This document shows positions 26,614 through 37,227 of a stretch of DNA of 45,630 nucleotides, in pieces. The notes beneath the pieces were generated by a model. It searched no databases. It had not been told where the DNA came from and saw only the letters and a list, made by a program, of their open reading frames with translations. This DNA comes from an uncultured bacterium. GTDB lineage: Bacteria > JAGOEH01. The DNA lies in assembly GCA_964632485.1 (NCBI GenBank), contig CAZWDO010000001.1, positions 248,001 to 293,630 on the forward strand, given 5' to 3'. The translations under genes and the position numbers were made by a program. Each line of letters opens with the position of its first letter. The stretch's first letter is position 1.

Positions 26614-29406
26614 ATGAAACGGATTATCCTTTTTCTATCATTACTGTTGCCGGGGATTGTTTCTGCCAGCGGCATGCAGTTGAGAATCGTGTTTGCCGCT
26701 AATCTGGATTCGGAGGGGAGTGTCCATCGCGAAGACCCTTCGGGGGCAGATCTGTTCTCAGTGCACTATGATCTTGCCTCTCAGACCATTCTCGACATGA
26801 TGCGACTGACATGCGACAGCGTGGCGATTGAGTGGTTTCCGTCCCTTTCGCCGAATGGCGAATGGGTGGCCTACAATTGCGAACGAAACCGTCAGCAGGA
26901 AATCCGCCTGCTGAATTTCGAGTCCGGCGATGATTATTTGCTATGCAGCGATGCCCGCTTCCCGGAATGGGTAGATGACGCCACACTGATCGTATCGGAC
27001 GTCATCCCGGAACATAGACATCTCAAGCTACTGGCGCTCAATTTCAGCGCCGATCCTCCCATTATTGCCGATTCGCGGCAGATCACTCTGGACAGTTCTC
27101 TGGCGCGCATCGGCGCCGCCGAAGCAAGCGATGCCTACCCGTTCCCAGGCGGGGAACGTTTCGCCTTCCACTGTATCAAAGCGGGTGAATATGTCTCAGC
27201 CGTGTCCGTGATCGATCGCGATGGCGGCGGTATCGAGAATCTTACCGATTGGGAAGCCGTTGGGCACGTGATCGTCAGCCCCAACGGACAGGAACTGGTT
27301 TACAGTTCGGCCGGCAACGGTTTTCCCATGGTGTTCGACATCAACACACGGCAACGGCGGATTCTCAACCAGGTGCCCCATACAGGATCGGAAATGGCGG
27401 CATGGTGCGGCCGCTACGACTCGCTGCCGAGCGTCCATTGGACCTATGCGGCCTGGTTCGCCGGGGAGAAAAGGCTGATCTTCAGCGCGCAGGGTGCCAA
27501 TGCTAAAGATCAATTCGAGCTTTCCCGGCTTTATATTGTCAATTTCGATGAAAATTGGGAAAATCCAGAGATAATCGATCTATCAGGAAAAATTGAAACC
27601 TATACCGGTAAAAGCGACTGCGATTTCTGTACCGCTTCAGCGCGGGTAATTCCTATTCAAGATAGCGCCATGCCGGTCATCTACGCCACTCTGGTCAGCC
27701 ACAACGTCAATCCCGAATTGAGTTCCTCCTATCCCGATTACCTGAGCGATACCGTCGCGTTCAGGAATGCACGCGGCCAGATCGCCCGTTTCGCGGCCAT
27801 GTGCGTGACAGAAGGTGCCAGATACAATTTCGAAAGTGATTGGAATTTTCTGATGGCGCTCAATGCCTACGACCGTCCCATGGCAGAGACCAATCACAAG
27901 CGCCTCCTGCCATACTTGGTCGAGGATCTGGGTCTGGAGATCGAGGGCACTCTGCACGGAGGCCGCTATAACTGGGCGGACATAGCCTGGATGATCTCCC
28001 GGGAAGGAATCGAACCCAATCATACCGTAGGCGGATTTCTCGGCTGGCCGGCGGACAGTTTTCAATTCGATTTACTCGCAGGTGAAATTCAGTCCACGAT
28101 TCAGCCAGGATACTCATGGCGGGCGGAGATTCTGCATGCCCCCTCTTCCTACCAACACATCATGGATGATTCAGTCTGTATCTCCGGAATCTGGAAACCG
28201 GCGGGACAAACCCGGCTGACCGAACATAACGCCAACGGGCCGTTGATCTGCGTGGGTCACTACAACGGCGAAACATACGGCCTCAACGATCTGTTGGCCA
28301 AACAGGAAAACGGCGAATTGGAAAACGGCCAGATGTACACTGCCACGATCTTTCTTTCCCAGCAAAACCTGGATATTGAATACTACCAGGAGCTGATCCG
28401 CTTTTATGCCCCTTACGTCGCCCAAGGCCGTTTGCGCTGGGTGGGACTGGAGGAAGCGGTCAACATCTGGCAAAACGAGTACAGCGGGCAACCCAGCCAA
28501 CTCCTCTACGAAGCACGGTCCCCCATTTTCTGGAATGCTGAAGTGGGTGCAATCACGGCTAAAGGCGCGAGCGTGAGTTGCCGCATCGATCCTCGGGGGC
28601 ATTCGCTGTCACTCCGTTTCGACCATGGCCGTTCCGATCAATTCGGCGACAGCATCGTTCCTCAGCCGAATACGGCATCCGGCATGGAGCTCATATACTG
28701 TCAGGCGTCGCTAGATTCGTTGATTCCCAACCAGGTTTATCATTATCGCTTGCGCGCCCGCGAGGGAGAGCGCACTTATTTCGGACTGGCGGACACTTTC
28801 CGGACACTGCCGACAGAATTGACCGCGCCGGCGCTTTTAGCCCCAGCGGACCAAGCGATCGGGATTTCGCGCCAACCCGTCTTTCAATGGAAACGCAGCG
28901 ATGGCACCCTGGGATACCATTTGCAAATCAGCGCCCAAAGCGGCGATTGGTCAGCCCCGATTTTTGATTCCAGTGGACTGAGCGACACCCTTTACACAAC
29001 GGAAACCCTCCTCTCCCCCCTTACGATCTGTTACTGGCGGGTACGGGGCGCTTCCGGTCCCGTACTCAGTCCCTGGAGCAAAATATTCAGTTTTACTACC
29101 GCCAGCGCGCTCCCAGTTAATGAAGACGTTCAGCAAAGCGGGTTGAGATTCCGGATTTTCTCCCCGCAGCCCAATCCTTTTTGCGACCTGACCCGAGTGC
29201 GTTTCGAGCTGGAGCTCCCCGGAGAGATCAGACTGAGCGTTTTCGACATCAGCGGCCGCCGACTGACAACCCTGTTCTCAGGATCGCTGGCCGCGGGCCG
29301 CCATGAAAAACTCTGGAATGCGGAGAGGCTGCCCAACGGGATTTATTTGCTCCGATTGGAGGCTTCGGAGCGCGCCGCTTGTGTCAAAGCCCTCCGCTTG
29401 CGCTGA
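26614..29406 (+). CDS. secreted multidomain protein: TolB-like beta-propeller, uncharacterised alpha/beta domain, FN3-like domains, T9SS/FlgD-type C-terminal domain
   Basis: Signal peptide (..VSA); PD40-like FPSLSPNGEWVAY and VSPNGQELVYSS; FN3-like YHYRLRA and YWRVRG; C-terminal PNPF...FDISGR...GIYLLRL. Confidence 0.8.
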   Translation: MKRIILFLSLLLPGIVSASGMQLRIVFAANLDSEGSVHREDPSGADLFSVHYDLASQTILDMMRLTCDSVAIEWFPSLSPNGEWVAYNCERNRQQEIRLLNFESGDDYLLCSDARFPEWVDDATLIVSDVIPEHRHLKLLALNFSADPPIIADSRQITLDSSLARIGAAEASDAYPFPGGERFAFHCIKAGEYVSAVSVIDRDGGGIENLTDWEAVGHVIVSPNGQELVYSSAGNGFPMVFDINTRQRRILNQVPHTGSEMAAWCGRYDSLPSVHWTYAAWFAGEKRLIFSAQGANAKDQFELSRLYIVNFDENWENPEIIDLSGKIETYTGKSDCDFCTASARVIPIQDSAMPVIYATLVSHNVNPELSSSYPDYLSDTVAFRNARGQIARFAAMCVTEGARYNFESDWNFLMALNAYDRPMAETNHKRLLPYLVEDLGLEIEGTLHGGRYNWADIAWMISREGIEPNHTVGGFLGWPADSFQFDLLAGEIQSTIQPGYSWRAEILHAPSSYQHIMDDSVCISGIWKPAGQTRLTEHNANGPLICVGHYNGETYGLNDLLAKQENGELENGQMYTATIFLSQQNLDIEYYQELIRFYAPYVAQGRLRWVGLEEAVNIWQNEYSGQPSQLLYEARSPIFWNAEVGAITAKGASVSCRIDPRGHSLSLRFDHGRSDQFGDSIVPQPNTASGMELIYCQASLDSLIPNQVYHYRLRAREGERTYFGLADTFRTLPTELTAPALLAPADQAIGISRQPVFQWKRSDGTLGYHLQISAQSGDWSAPIFDSSGLSDTLYTTETLLSPLTICYWRVRGASGPVLSPWSKIFSFTTASALPVNEDVQQSGLRFRIFSPQPNPFCDLTRVRFELELPGEIRLSVFDISGRRLTTLFSGSLAAGRHEKLWNAERLPNGIYLLRLEASERAACVKALRLR

Positions 29407-29753
29407 ACTATGATTTCCACTATAGGTAAAACTATTGCGGGATAAAATGATATAATTTTTTTCCTATAATTCTTTCCTTTTAACGAAGGCTTAACCGAAG
29501 AAAAGATGCGATCTGCTATTGAGCAATAAGCCAAATTTTTTGATAACAATTCTTCGAACGGTAAAAATAACATATCAATTCACAAACCGCAAGGCGAATT
29601 CGTCGGCCGATATGCGCTTAACTAACGCATCACATACGCATTTATGACTATCCAGCAAACAATTATTTTTACCAACTGATGTCTCAACTTGAATTGTCGA
29701 ATGATCGACCCCAAAATGATCCCGTAAATGCTGCTCTTACTGTTCTCCTGTTC

Positions 29754-30800
29754 TCACTTAAGTTCATGCAAAGTGTAGTGAGCTGAACCTAATCCGATAC
29801 TTTCCGCATAGGCAAATGCTTTGAATCCTCTGAATGTTTTGCCTTTTTCCTTGGCGATATCATAACACGCTTTGTCTATGGCAACCGGATCGGTGGAGAT
29901 GAAAATACCAAAATCATCCATTATCGGTTTCATTTTTCTCGGTTCACAATCGCACCCGGCAGTAATGGACATGGCGTAGTTCATATAGATATTTTTCTTA
30001 CCTTTTTGAGCCGCATAGGCGCCTTCAACAATTTTTTCGATAAAAGGATTTCCAATGCCCACAAATTTTAAAATATTTTTAACAGAAAATATCGAAATCG
30101 CTTGGTGGGGGCAAATCGCCATGCAAGCTCCGCATCCCACACATTTATGACGATCAATTTTTGATTTTTTTCCAATAATAAGAGCGTCTGTACTGCATCG
30201 TGTTTTACATAGATTGCACTGTTTACATTTTCTACTCACAATGTGGGGCTTTTCCCCCAAGTGCATGGCCATTTTCCCGCCTTTAGCCGCATGCCCCATA
30301 GCGAGCTGTTTCATGGCTCCGCCGAATCCCGCCATTGTATGGCCTTTAAAATGTGAAATCACAATAAGCTGATCGAAGTCTAAAAATGCCTTCCCCACTT
30401 TAAAGGTCTTAAAATGTTTTTTATTGATCTCTACTTCGGCAAAATTCTCTCCATGATCACCGTCCGCAAAAATAATGGGGAGCTGGGTAAAACCATGCGC
30501 TTCCGCCGTTTTTTCATGAAGTTCCTTCTTATACCGCTGTCCTCCATACAGAACACATGTCTCCATGTAGCAGGATTCAATGCCTCGTTCCTGCAGGAAC
30601 TCTATGATACCGAAATAATTTTCTGGTTTGATGAATGTGACGTTTTTATGCTCTCCAAAATGAACTTTGAGAGGAACTTTCGTGCTGAGCCTCACATTCT
30701 CTTTCTCGACAAGAGTTTCAAGCAATTGCTTGGAGAATGTCTGAATGGTTTCCAAATCTGTTGATGAGTCAATCTTTTTGAAATACACATTAGCATTCAT
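29754..30800 (-). CDS. DUF362 domain iron-sulfur protein with two 4Fe-4S motifs
   Basis: KVHFGE, HFKGH..AGFGGA.K.LAMG, CKQCNLCKTRC, CVGCGACMAICP, CDC, DPVAID.A; GGAGG RBS. Confidence 0.9.
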   Translation of the reverse strand: MNANVYFKKIDSSTDLETIQTFSKQLLETLVEKENVRLSTKVPLKVHFGEHKNVTFIKPENYFGIIEFLQERGIESCYMETCVLYGGQRYKKELHEKTAEAHGFTQLPIIFADGDHGENFAEVEINKKHFKTFKVGKAFLDFDQLIVISHFKGHTMAGFGGAMKQLAMGHAAKGGKMAMHLGEKPHIVSRKCKQCNLCKTRCSTDALIIGKKSKIDRHKCVGCGACMAICPHQAISIFSVKNILKFVGIGNPFIEKIVEGAYAAQKGKKNIYMNYAMSITAGCDCEPRKMKPIMDDFGIFISTDPVAIDKACYDIAKEKGKTFRGFKAFAYAESIGLGSAHYTLHELK

Positions 30801-30985
30801 AGTGACCTCCTATTATCGCTTGCATCGATGAGTATGCTCCAGTGTTGTGCATAAAATAACCGGAACATCCGTTAGAGAGTTCAAATTAATTCTTTATATG
30901 TCAGTAAATTCAACAAGCGTGGTATAAAATTTTTCCGGATTATCAGTCATCATACCCAGCGCTCCGAATTTATATATTCGGAAAC

Positions 30986-33900
30986 TCAAGTATTCTTCTG
31001 CTCGGACTTAATGAATTTTTGCATATCTAATGGAAGAAAAAAAGTGAATATTGTACCTTTACCTTTCTCGCTACTAACTTGAATCTTACCGTTATGCAAT
31101 TCAATGATTTTTTTCACAATTGCCAAACCCAATCCGGTACTCGATTCCCCTGCAGTTGGTTTAGCGCTTAATTTTTTGAAACTTATAAACAAATCTTTTA
31201 ATTCGTCTTTATTCAAACCCTGTCCTGTATCTTCAATCGAAACAATCAGATATGAATCGTTAACTTTTGAACGAATATGTACCATCCCTCCAGGATATGT
31301 ATATTTAATAGCATTGCTAAGCAGATTATCAAGAACTTCCGAAATTTTATTAGCATCCAGGCTAACTAAAGGAAGTTCTGTGTTCTCTGAATAGTGTAAT
31401 TGGATCTCTTTTTGCTGAGCGATTCGTTGATGGAATTCCACTGAATCTGAAAGAATTTGATGTATATTTTCATATTTCATCTGTAACTGTATTTTTCCGG
31501 ATTCTATAGCCGTAATATCCAGCAGATCATTGATCAATTTACTCATACGCTGTGTTAACGACAATGTTTTTTCCAAATCATTGATTCCTTTAACATGATC
31601 AAACCGGTTTTGTTTGATAGCATAAATTATCAGCTCAATATAATTGCTCATTCCGCTCAGCGGATTGCGCAGGTCATGAGCCGCCATACCCAGAAATGCA
31701 TTTTTCTTTTCATTTAAAACTTTTAATTCATCCAGTATTAAGGCTTTAATAAAAGCGGACATAATATGTTCTTTTAAATTTTTAAGAAGTTCAATATCCT
31801 GATGGGCAAAAGCTTCCGGCTGATTCATATTTTCATAAATAAAATAAGCGGCCACACTGTTTTCAATCACAATCCGCATGGTTAAAATAACTTGCGGAAT
31901 TCCAATGTCTTTAAATTTTTCTTCTCCGATTCTTTCCTTCACTTTTTTTGTAATAAAGATATCTGAATAAATTTGTTCAGAACTAATAACATACCGGTTA
32001 TCTGCTTCAAAAAATGATAATTGGATAGACTCAAATTTTTCTAAATCCCAACCGACCACTGCCCGAAAGCGGTAAGCTGATATATCTTTATCGAAAACCA
32101 GCGCAACAGCTTTCTCTACTCCCGGAATGATTTTTGTCGCTTCAAGGATGGATTGCAGCAGATTCTGAAAATCTATTTCCAAGTTGATTGAGCGGACAAT
32201 AAAATTTAATTTCTCTAAAATTTCATTTTTCTTGTTTAATTCGTTATTTTTATTTTCTAATTCAATTTTCTTAATTTCCAATTCAGTTGTGCGAATTTCA
32301 ACCAAATGCTCCAACTTTTCCTGCTGGATTTTAATATTTCGAATACGAACCCAATACGAAATAATAAAGGTACATAGCAAAGTCGAGACAATAAATATTC
32401 TAAACCATATAGTCTTCCAGAAAGGAGGTACGATTGTAATTTTAATAGCAATGCCGTTTTCATTCCATACTCCATCATTATTACATGCTTTGACGTGAAA
32501 TGTATAAGTACCGCCGCTGGTTTTTGTATATGTTGCCCAGGGTTGATTGGAATAAACCCATTGTTCGTCAAAACCTTCCAACTTATAGGCATATTTTAAT
32601 TTTGATTCGGAATAAAAAGATAATGCGGCGAATTCCAATGTGAACATGTAATCCTTATATGACATTTCAAGGTCTTTTGCAATTACAATTGAATTTTTTA
32701 AAGGTGAATTTTCGCCATGTTTAACAGACATATTTAGAATTTTCAAATCGGTGAACACAACAGGAGGAATACAAGTATTTCTTTCTAAATTTTCCGGATT
32801 AAACATATTGAATCCATTTATCCCGCCAAAGAACATTAATCCATCCTTATTTTTAAAAAAGGATTGGCTGTTGAATTCATTTGCCTGTAAACCATCAGAG
32901 ATATCAAACACTTCAAATTTTTCTGATTGAGGATCAAATTTAGCTAACCCTTTGTTGGTACTCATCCATAAATTTCCATGTCGGTCTTCCAGTATCGCAT
33001 ACACCACATTATTCGGTAATCCATCTTTTTCCGTATAATACTTAAACGTACCATCTACCCGATTGAACCGATTCAACCCGCCATCATAGGTTCCCACCCA
33101 GAGTATGCCGGAACGGTCCTCAAGTAAAGACATGATATAAATATCGCTGAGACTGCTCGGATTATGTGGATCATAGGTATATACAGTGAAAGTCTCTGTT
33201 TCAGGGTCAAAACGATTTAATCCCCCGCCCGAGGTAGCAATCCACAATATTTCTTCTTTATCCAGCAGCAATGCGTTTACCCGGTTATGACTGATTGTGT
33301 TGGGGTTATTGGGATCATTTTTGTATTGTTTAAAAACTCCTGTCTGTTTATTAAATCGGTTGATACCGCCGCCTCGTGTTCCTATCCAAAGATTCCCCTT
33401 CTTATCTTCCACGATACAGCGCACGTAATCATAACTGAGACTTGCAGAATTTTTGGGATCATTTTTATAACATTGAAATGTCCCATTTTTTCTATCCATT
33501 TTATTCAATCCTCCAGACGAAGTACCTATCCAAAACATCCCCTCCCTATCTTCATAAATACTATAAATACTATTATCGCTAATACTCCTTGTATTATTTC
33601 CATCTTTCTGAAAAATGGTGAATTGATCAGTTTTCGGATTCAAGCAATTCAATCCATCCTCAGACCCCAACCATATCAACCCGTTTTTATCCTGGAAGAT
33701 GGACCATATTGAATTACTGGTAATTAAATTGCCGGATCCCACAAAGTTTTTGTAATGAATAAACTTTTTTCTAGTAATTTTATTGATACCTCCACCTTTA
33801 GCGCCAATCCACAATATCCCCTCCCTGTCTTCAAAGAGACTGAGAATATTGTTTTTACTCAAGGAAGTAATATCATTCGCATTGTATTTATAATTATAAA

Positions 33901-34843
33901 ATGAATTGGTTTTTCTATCAAATCGTATCAAACCGGAATTCGTGGTCCCAACCCAAATATCTAATCTGGAATTTATAGATAAAACTCTTGGATTGTTCAA
34001 TATGCCTGAGCCTTGTGGGTGGCTATTATAATGAGTGAATTTTCCGGTATTTAAATCAATTGATTCAAGATCATCTGAATTGACAATCCATATCAAATTT
34101 TGATTTAAATGATCCGCAGAGATGGACCAAATTGAATTATTGCAAGGTGAATTAATATTTTTATCCTCATTCTGAATGCTTTTAAATGTAATCGAACTAT
34201 CGGGTCCAATAACCATATAATTTAATCCACCTCCATAAGTACCAATCCATAGTTCTTGATTTGGCATATAACACAAAGATAGTATTTCATTGTTTGAAAG
34301 GGAATTCATATTGCCATCTTCATGATGATAATGCGTAAAAAACTGTTCTGAGGATTGACTATCCATAATCGTGTTTAAATTTAATTGATTCAGACCATCA
34401 TTTGTTCCGATCCATAAATAACCATTGCTATCTTCACAAATAGCATTAATTTTATTATTACTGAGGCTGTTGGGATTTGTTTTATCGGATTGATAGTGGA
34501 TAAATTGTTCATTATCCCAAACAAAGCGATTTAAACCGTCGCCATAGGTTCCAATCCATAGATTTTGACGTGAATCTTCATATATGGCAGTTATCCAGCT
34601 TCCGGATATTGCAGTGGAATCGATCAGACTGACTTTATAAACAACAAACTTCGTTCCGTCATATCGATTTAGACCTTCCGCTGTTCCAAACCATAGAAAA
34701 CCTTTACTATCCTGGCAAATAGAATACACAGAACTCTGGGACAAACCTTGTTGAATTGTAATATGATCGAATGTTGTAACCTGTTCAGAAAAAACATAAG
34801 AGGATGTCATTAGCAATAGACAAAATACAAGCAGTTTTTTCAT
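30986..34843 (-). CDS. membrane sensor histidine kinase: Reg_prop beta-propellers + Y_Y_Y + TM + GAF-like + HisKA + HATPase
   Basis: Many 'ED..G.LWIGT..GGLN.F' repeats, YAYKLEGFD, PPFWKT.WF TM, AHDLRNPL H-box, NLLSNAIKY, DTGQG, GLGLAI. No receiver or AraC domain. Confidence 0.93.
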   Translation of the reverse strand: MKKLLVFCLLLMTSSYVFSEQVTTFDHITIQQGLSQSSVYSICQDSKGFLWFGTAEGLNRYDGTKFVVYKVSLIDSTAISGSWITAIYEDSRQNLWIGTYGDGLNRFVWDNEQFIHYQSDKTNPNSLSNNKINAICEDSNGYLWIGTNDGLNQLNLNTIMDSQSSEQFFTHYHHEDGNMNSLSNNEILSLCYMPNQELWIGTYGGGLNYMVIGPDSSITFKSIQNEDKNINSPCNNSIWSISADHLNQNLIWIVNSDDLESIDLNTGKFTHYNSHPQGSGILNNPRVLSINSRLDIWVGTTNSGLIRFDRKTNSFYNYKYNANDITSLSKNNILSLFEDREGILWIGAKGGGINKITRKKFIHYKNFVGSGNLITSNSIWSIFQDKNGLIWLGSEDGLNCLNPKTDQFTIFQKDGNNTRSISDNSIYSIYEDREGMFWIGTSSGGLNKMDRKNGTFQCYKNDPKNSASLSYDYVRCIVEDKKGNLWIGTRGGGINRFNKQTGVFKQYKNDPNNPNTISHNRVNALLLDKEEILWIATSGGGLNRFDPETETFTVYTYDPHNPSSLSDIYIMSLLEDRSGILWVGTYDGGLNRFNRVDGTFKYYTEKDGLPNNVVYAILEDRHGNLWMSTNKGLAKFDPQSEKFEVFDISDGLQANEFNSQSFFKNKDGLMFFGGINGFNMFNPENLERNTCIPPVVFTDLKILNMSVKHGENSPLKNSIVIAKDLEMSYKDYMFTLEFAALSFYSESKLKYAYKLEGFDEQWVYSNQPWATYTKTSGGTYTFHVKACNNDGVWNENGIAIKITIVPPFWKTIWFRIFIVSTLLCTFIISYWVRIRNIKIQQEKLEHLVEIRTTELEIKKIELENKNNELNKKNEILEKLNFIVRSINLEIDFQNLLQSILEATKIIPGVEKAVALVFDKDISAYRFRAVVGWDLEKFESIQLSFFEADNRYVISSEQIYSDIFITKKVKERIGEEKFKDIGIPQVILTMRIVIENSVAAYFIYENMNQPEAFAHQDIELLKNLKEHIMSAFIKALILDELKVLNEKKNAFLGMAAHDLRNPLSGMSNYIELIIYAIKQNRFDHVKGINDLEKTLSLTQRMSKLINDLLDITAIESGKIQLQMKYENIHQILSDSVEFHQRIAQQKEIQLHYSENTELPLVSLDANKISEVLDNLLSNAIKYTYPGGMVHIRSKVNDSYLIVSIEDTGQGLNKDELKDLFISFKKLSAKPTAGESSTGLGLAIVKKIIELHNGKIQVSSEKGKGTIFTFFLPLDMQKFIKSEQKNT

Positions 34844-35031
34844 AATTTTTTCCTTAAAGAATCCACATTATTATCTACAACGTGTTATGACAGTTCAGGA
34901 ACAGCGGAGTTACCGGTATAAGATTCAATGGAACCCGGCACAACTCCCCAATGACATCTAACGGATCTGCCTGAAATCTCCAAATCACTCAACCGCGATC
35001 AAAGCCCACCTCTTGCGGTACCTAATTCAGA

Positions 35032-37191
35032 TTAATCGTTCATTCTTTCCCGGATATGGCGGATGCCGTAGTTGAGCCAAATGCGTTCGATATAATTGTA
35101 GGTCCCTTTCTTCAGTGATTCCAGAGCCCGGAGACGTACCTCGAGGGCTTGTTTATGTCCTGGCTCTACGTTCAGGACAATATCTGTCAGATGCAGCGTT
35201 TTCAAATACTCACCGGCTGCCTGCAACGAATCGGCGCGAGCGGCGATTACATCTGCCCCGGCCAGTTCCACAAGGTCAGCATAGATGCCCGATACCGGGA
35301 GCGCGTACATGGACGCTGGATTTTCGTCGAACCAGCCGATCGTTTCCTGCCAGATGCCGCGCACGGTCCAGGCCACTTTGCCGTAATACTGGCCGATGCG
35401 GTAGGTTTCCGGCAAGCGAACGGTCTGCATCAGGGTATACACATCCTTGCCTTCGTTGATCCCTTTGATGGTTTCATCATAAACGTATTTAAGCGCATCG
35501 CGAAAATTTCCAACTGTTTTCTGGACTTGATCCCTGCCGATCAACGGTGTTCCGTGTCCCGGCAGAAAATAATGCGGTTGGAACGACAAAGCGGTGTCCA
35601 ACGCGTGGATATAGCCATTGACCGGCCGAATTTGGGTTCCGCGGAAAGTAGAATTATTGATAAAATACTCATAATAGTTGTCGCCGACAAACACCGCGCC
35701 CAGTTCCGGCGCCCAGATCGTTGTTTGATCCGGCGTTTCCCCCGGTGTATGGATCAGCTTGAAGTGAATGCCGCCCAATTCATAGGTATAATCATCCGCA
35801 AACAGAATCGTGGGCTCGTTGCGGGAATTGAGGGATGGAGCGGATGCCGCTGTGTCCGTATCCGGCTTACCGGCCCAGATCGCGTTGCGCCGCTGAAACA
35901 ACCCACTCAACTCGTCCTGATAGTCGAAATAATCCTTGAATTCACGTTGCGCGATAACGGCCACTTTATTAGCGCCCCTCCATTTGGCAATATCGTCAGA
36001 ATGATCCTGATGAGCATGGGTTAACAGGATGGCTTTGAGGGGAAACGATTCTATCAGTTTTTGAAAGTATTCCGGAGCTACGGCCGCGCCAGCCGGATCG
36101 ATCAGCGCGCTGCCCCTGGGGGTCGTAATCAGATAAGAATTACAGGAACCTTCGATCCGATAAAGATGATTGCCGATTTTCAAGTAATCAAGATAAGCAT
36201 CAAAGAGCCATTGCCGCAGGGGTTCTTGAATCGGTATCGCATTCATCCAGGCGGGATTCCGCTCCCAGGCATCATCGAAGATGACTACCGACAGATCGTC
36301 GAGCGCGGCGATCTGCCTAGCGACAGGCAAGCGGGAATGCTGGTTAAAGGGGTAGCCACTGGTGAGCGGCAGGGACTTAATCCGTTCAGTGGGTATTTTA
36401 GCCGTGACAACCGCGCTCAAAACCGCCTGATGAAGAAACAATCGTCTTAAAAAACTGGCACAGATTTTTTGCTGGTACATTTCATCACGCAGCATTTCCG
36501 TCAGGATTGCTGCCCATTCCCGGCAGATGCCCAGCCGCGGATTGATCGAATAAACCTCGCAGTTGTAGTAGGGCTGTATTTTGACTGTATCGGCAATCGT
36601 TTCCACGATGGGCAAGCTGCGATAATCCAAGCCGCATTGATCATAGATCGACCGCCAGTAGTCGTTCGGTTCGGCTCCCGGCGGCAGGCCGATGGTGTTG
36701 GCCAGCGTCACCGGACGCAAAGCCGCGTCATACTCAGTACCGAGCGCCACGCCTTCGGGAGGTCCCAGTACCAACACACCGGGATCGAACCAGACTAAAC
36801 ACTGACAGAAGTCGCTCACCAGGCTCTCTACCCGGGCGGCGGCGAAGGCCTTGATCGCCAGCGGATATTCCAGCAACGCCGAATCAATCTGCAGAGCAAC
36901 GAGTTCCACATGCGGACCCTTCAGAGAAAGACAGGGCATACTACTCGCATCCGGCAGCACAACATAAATCATGCTCTCAGAATAGTCGCCGCCCCACTGG
37001 CGAATGCTCCGGATTAATGCCCGAACGGAGCGTTCCTGTTCCGGGAAAGCGACATAGGTCATCACCGCCATGGGTGTCGTGATGGAATTCCCGGAAACCG
37101 GTTGACCATCAATGATTCCATATCCTCCGGAAAATATAAACATTAATGCAATCCATGCCCATACGGCTGCTCGTTTTACATCCATCGCCAT
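35032..37191 (-). CDS. exported fusion: N-terminal GT-A-like domain + MBL-fold alkyl/aryl sulfatase (SdsA-like) with dimerisation domain
   Basis: C-half: THAHQDH, HTPGET.D, GDN, PGHG, YYG.V.W.VR.I.....GWFD.NP. N-half has GT8-like spacing (L..SIR, K, WFDPG, YYNC, HQA.L). N-terminal hydrophobic signal; AAGGAG RBS. Confidence 0.78.
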   Translation of the reverse strand: MAMDVKRAAVWAWIALMFIFSGGYGIIDGQPVSGNSITTPMAVMTYVAFPEQERSVRALIRSIRQWGGDYSESMIYVVLPDASSMPCLSLKGPHVELVALQIDSALLEYPLAIKAFAAARVESLVSDFCQCLVWFDPGVLVLGPPEGVALGTEYDAALRPVTLANTIGLPPGAEPNDYWRSIYDQCGLDYRSLPIVETIADTVKIQPYYNCEVYSINPRLGICREWAAILTEMLRDEMYQQKICASFLRRLFLHQAVLSAVVTAKIPTERIKSLPLTSGYPFNQHSRLPVARQIAALDDLSVVIFDDAWERNPAWMNAIPIQEPLRQWLFDAYLDYLKIGNHLYRIEGSCNSYLITTPRGSALIDPAGAAVAPEYFQKLIESFPLKAILLTHAHQDHSDDIAKWRGANKVAVIAQREFKDYFDYQDELSGLFQRRNAIWAGKPDTDTAASAPSLNSRNEPTILFADDYTYELGGIHFKLIHTPGETPDQTTIWAPELGAVFVGDNYYEYFINNSTFRGTQIRPVNGYIHALDTALSFQPHYFLPGHGTPLIGRDQVQKTVGNFRDALKYVYDETIKGINEGKDVYTLMQTVRLPETYRIGQYYGKVAWTVRGIWQETIGWFDENPASMYALPVSGIYADLVELAGADVIAARADSLQAAGEYLKTLHLTDIVLNVEPGHKQALEVRLRALESLKKGTYNYIERIWLNYGIRHIRERMND

Positions 37192-37227
37192 CGTAAAACT
37201 CCTTTTAAAAGGTTATAATAAATTGCT

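Noticed and set aside
29343..29573. 76-aa minus-strand ORF after the 930-aa gene
   Set aside because: No recognisable homology or RBS and overlaps the neighbouring gene end; at most a remnant.
32900..34750. Periodic DNA similarity suggesting a repeat array or CRISPR
   Set aside because: Explained by Reg_prop beta-propeller protein repeats; no identical repeats with unique spacers and no cas genes in the window.
35149..36024. 291-aa plus-strand ORF
   Set aside because: Antisense shadow of the GC-rich sulfatase domain; no motifs or RBS.
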